From: an uncultured Gemmatimonadales bacterium
Lineage (GTDB): Bacteria; Gemmatimonadota; Gemmatimonadetes; Gemmatimonadales; GWC2-71-9
Assembly: GCA_963779755.1 (NCBI GenBank)
Contig: CAVZZO010000001.1
Coordinates: 1 to 64,000, forward strand
Reading direction: 5' to 3'
DNA: 64,000 nucleotides
Of the stretch, positions 62,127-64,000 are shown one piece after another. The notes beneath the pieces were generated by a model that was not told the origin of the DNA, made no database searches, and saw nothing but the letters and a program-made list of their open reading frames with translations. Numbering within the stretch: the stretch's first letter is position 1; every line of letters starts with the position of its first letter. The position numbers and the translations under genes are program-made.

Positions 62127-62675
62127 ATGATAACGAACGCTGAGCGCCCCACCCCCGGCGCCATGAAGAGCGCCATCCTCGCGGCCGCCCGGACCGTCCT
62201 GATCCGGGAAGGCTACGACGCCTGGACCATCGAAGCCGTGGCCCGGGAAGCCGGCTGCGCCAAGGGCCTGGTGAATTATCACTTCCGCAGCAAGACTCTG
62301 CTGCTGGCGGAAGTCGCCCGGGTGCTGCGGGAAGACCGGCAGCAGACGCGGCTCGCGCCCCTGCACCAGCGCGGCACCGAGGCGCTGGATGCGCTGTGGC
62401 TGGCGATCGACGAGGAAGTCGGCAGCGGCGTCTTTGGCGCCTGGCTGGCCCTGCTGCCCAGGCGGGAACCGGAAATCGCCGCCGCCCTGCGGCTGCCGGA
62501 GGACGAAGAAGCGGCGCTGGGCCGGGCGGCTACCACCGCGCTGGAATCTCCTCAGCCGGTTAGCGGCGCCCTGCTCGAGTCCATTCTCTCGGGCTTCCAG
62601 CTGGGGCTCTACCGGGGGCAGGAATCCGCGGTGCTACGCGAGGCGTATCACCGCTTCTGGATCAGCCTGCTCTGA
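62127..62675 (+). CDS. TetR-family regulator
   Basis: ILAAA..GY...TIEAVAREAG.AKGLVNYHF.SK. Confidence 0.88.
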   Translation: MITNAERPTPGAMKSAILAAARTVLIREGYDAWTIEAVAREAGCAKGLVNYHFRSKTLLLAEVARVLREDRQQTRLAPLHQRGTEALDALWLAIDEEVGSGVFGAWLALLPRREPEIAAALRLPEDEEAALGRAATTALESPQPVSGALLESILSGFQLGLYRGQESAVLREAYHRFWISLL

Positions 62676-62681
62676 GCAAAG

Positions 62682-64000
62682 TCAGTCGCGGCGGCGGCGC
62701 GATGGCCCCTTCCGGCCGCGGCGCCGGGGGCCGCCCGAGCGCTCCGCCGGCGCCCGCCGCAGCAGCGCCTTGAGCTCGGGCAGGGTATCCGCCCGCAGCG
62801 CCGCCTTGCGGCCCCGCACCACGGTAAACCGTACCGGCCGGTCCAGCTCGGGGATGTCACGGGGCTGCATTCGCTGCGCCTGGCCTTCTTTCATGCGCAA
62901 GCGCACCACGCCGGCACCGTTCTCCACCTCATAATCCAGCGCCACGGCGTCGCCGTGCAGCCGCACCATGGAGGGCAGCTGCTGCAGCGCCTCCCGCACA
63001 TCCTCCTGGGCCAGCACCGCCGGGTCGAGCCGGAGCCGGGTGTCCAGAAAGTGCTCCCAGCTGGTGACGCCCGCCAGCTGGTCTCGCAGGAAGTCCCGCA
63101 GCGCGGGGGCGCTGAGGGCGGTAAGGCTGCCGCCGGAGCGCCGCCAGAGCTCGCCCAGCTCCTCCAGGGCGCGACGGATACGTCCCTGGTCGGGGTGGAC
63201 GGTCTCGCCGGCCATGAGCGCGTCCACCAGGGCGTCCCGCGCCTGCTCCAGGAGGTCCGGCGGAATGGCTCCCCGCAGCTCTTCCGTCTCGGTTTCGAGA
63301 TCAAATCCGAAATACGTGCGGGTCCGGCGCAGCAGCAGCACCTGATGCCGCCGCCGGGGTGAGAGCCCCACCTGCGGACGGCTCCAGGCGGCATAGCGGC
63401 CGACGAGATCATAGGGCAGGGTGGTGCCTTCGATCACGGCCCGGGGAATGCCCATGCGGTCGGCGAAGTACCGCAGCGTTCCGGCCACCGCACCCCAGCT
63501 TCCGGCCACCGAGGTCCTGGAAACCCGCGCTTCCTGGCCGTCGGCAGTGTGCTCATCGATGACCAGGTCGAAGGGCATGATGCGCGCGAGGAGATCGCGG
63601 AACCGCCGGGCCAGATCTCGGCTGGCCCACGGGAGGCGCCGCGGCAGCTCCAGATCGAGCGAGCGGTACACCGAGGCGGTCCCCAGTGCCGCGTCCTCGA
63701 TAGCCTTGACCAGCACCCCGCGCCGCTCGGCCCACTCGGCCAGCTCCTCTTCAAAGACATGCCGGGGCAGCCCGTATACCTGGCCCATGTTGCCGTGATG
63801 TTCCAGCGCCTCGCAGTAGAGGTTGTAGGCGGTCAGGTGGTCGCTGCCGCTCACGGTGACCCCGTGAAGGTCCCGCTCATCGCGGGTCATCCGGTGCAGC
63901 GAGTCGATGCTCGAGGCCACGGCAACCAGCGGCACCAGGTCGGGCTCGGCGTGCACCAGCAACTCCGCCCAGGGCCGCTCGACCGGCAAGGCTTCCACCT
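62682..64000 (-). CDS. C-terminal part of a probable HrpA/HrpB-like DEAH helicase (start outside window)
   Basis: M..LPVE, SDHLT.YNLY (HA2-like), and an HrpB-like C-terminal tail; helicase core motifs are not in the window. Confidence 0.5.
   Translation of the reverse strand, partial: VEALPVERPWAELLVHAEPDLVPLVAVASSIDSLHRMTRDERDLHGVTVSGSDHLTAYNLYCEALEHHGNMGQVYGLPRHVFEEELAEWAERRGVLVKAIEDAALGTASVYRSLDLELPRRLPWASRDLARRFRDLLARIMPFDLVIDEHTADGQEARVSRTSVAGSWGAVAGTLRYFADRMGIPRAVIEGTTLPYDLVGRYAAWSRPQVGLSPRRRHQVLLLRRTRTYFGFDLETETEELRGAIPPDLLEQARDALVDALMAGETVHPDQGRIRRALEELGELWRRSGGSLTALSAPALRDFLRDQLAGVTSWEHFLDTRLRLDPAVLAQEDVREALQQLPSMVRLHGDAVALDYEVENGAGVVRLRMKEGQAQRMQPRDIPELDRPVRFTVVRGRKAALRADTLPELKALLRRAPAERSGGPRRRGRKGPSRRRRD

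Overview
High-GC bacterial window. Gene content (Ser/Thr kinase, many lipoproteins, IspH type) suggests Gemmatimonadota, but this is an inference. Several genes are frameshifted, probably partly from long-read errors. 1-14 kb is an accessory region: an OLD-family nuclease coupled to type I RM hsdS/hsdM, an HTH-nucleotidyltransferase, a Fic protein, two lower-GC lipoprotein+partner cassettes, an IS3 remnant and an IS30. 14.2-23.9 kb is a DNA-damage mutagenesis cluster: small Zn-ribbon gene, radical SAM, inactive Y-family ImuB, tag, dnaE2 and a DinB_2 protein, with no recognisable imuA. Its promoter, carrying a TTCGG-N6-TTCGG operator-like motif, occurs three times. The Zn-ribbon, radical SAM, imuB and dnaE2 genes carry in-frame insertions built from 8/9-mer tandem repeats and hairpin elements; a duplicated copy of the Zn-ribbon gene gives an empty/filled allele pair. 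Related hairpins and stop-codon-bearing 7-mer tracts fill intergenic spaces throughout the window. 29.4-39.6 kb is a translationally coupled three-gene envelope system: a beta-barrel, a 1884-aa protein sharing its N-terminal domain, and an FN3-like repeat protein. The remainder is mostly housekeeping and periplasmic genes.
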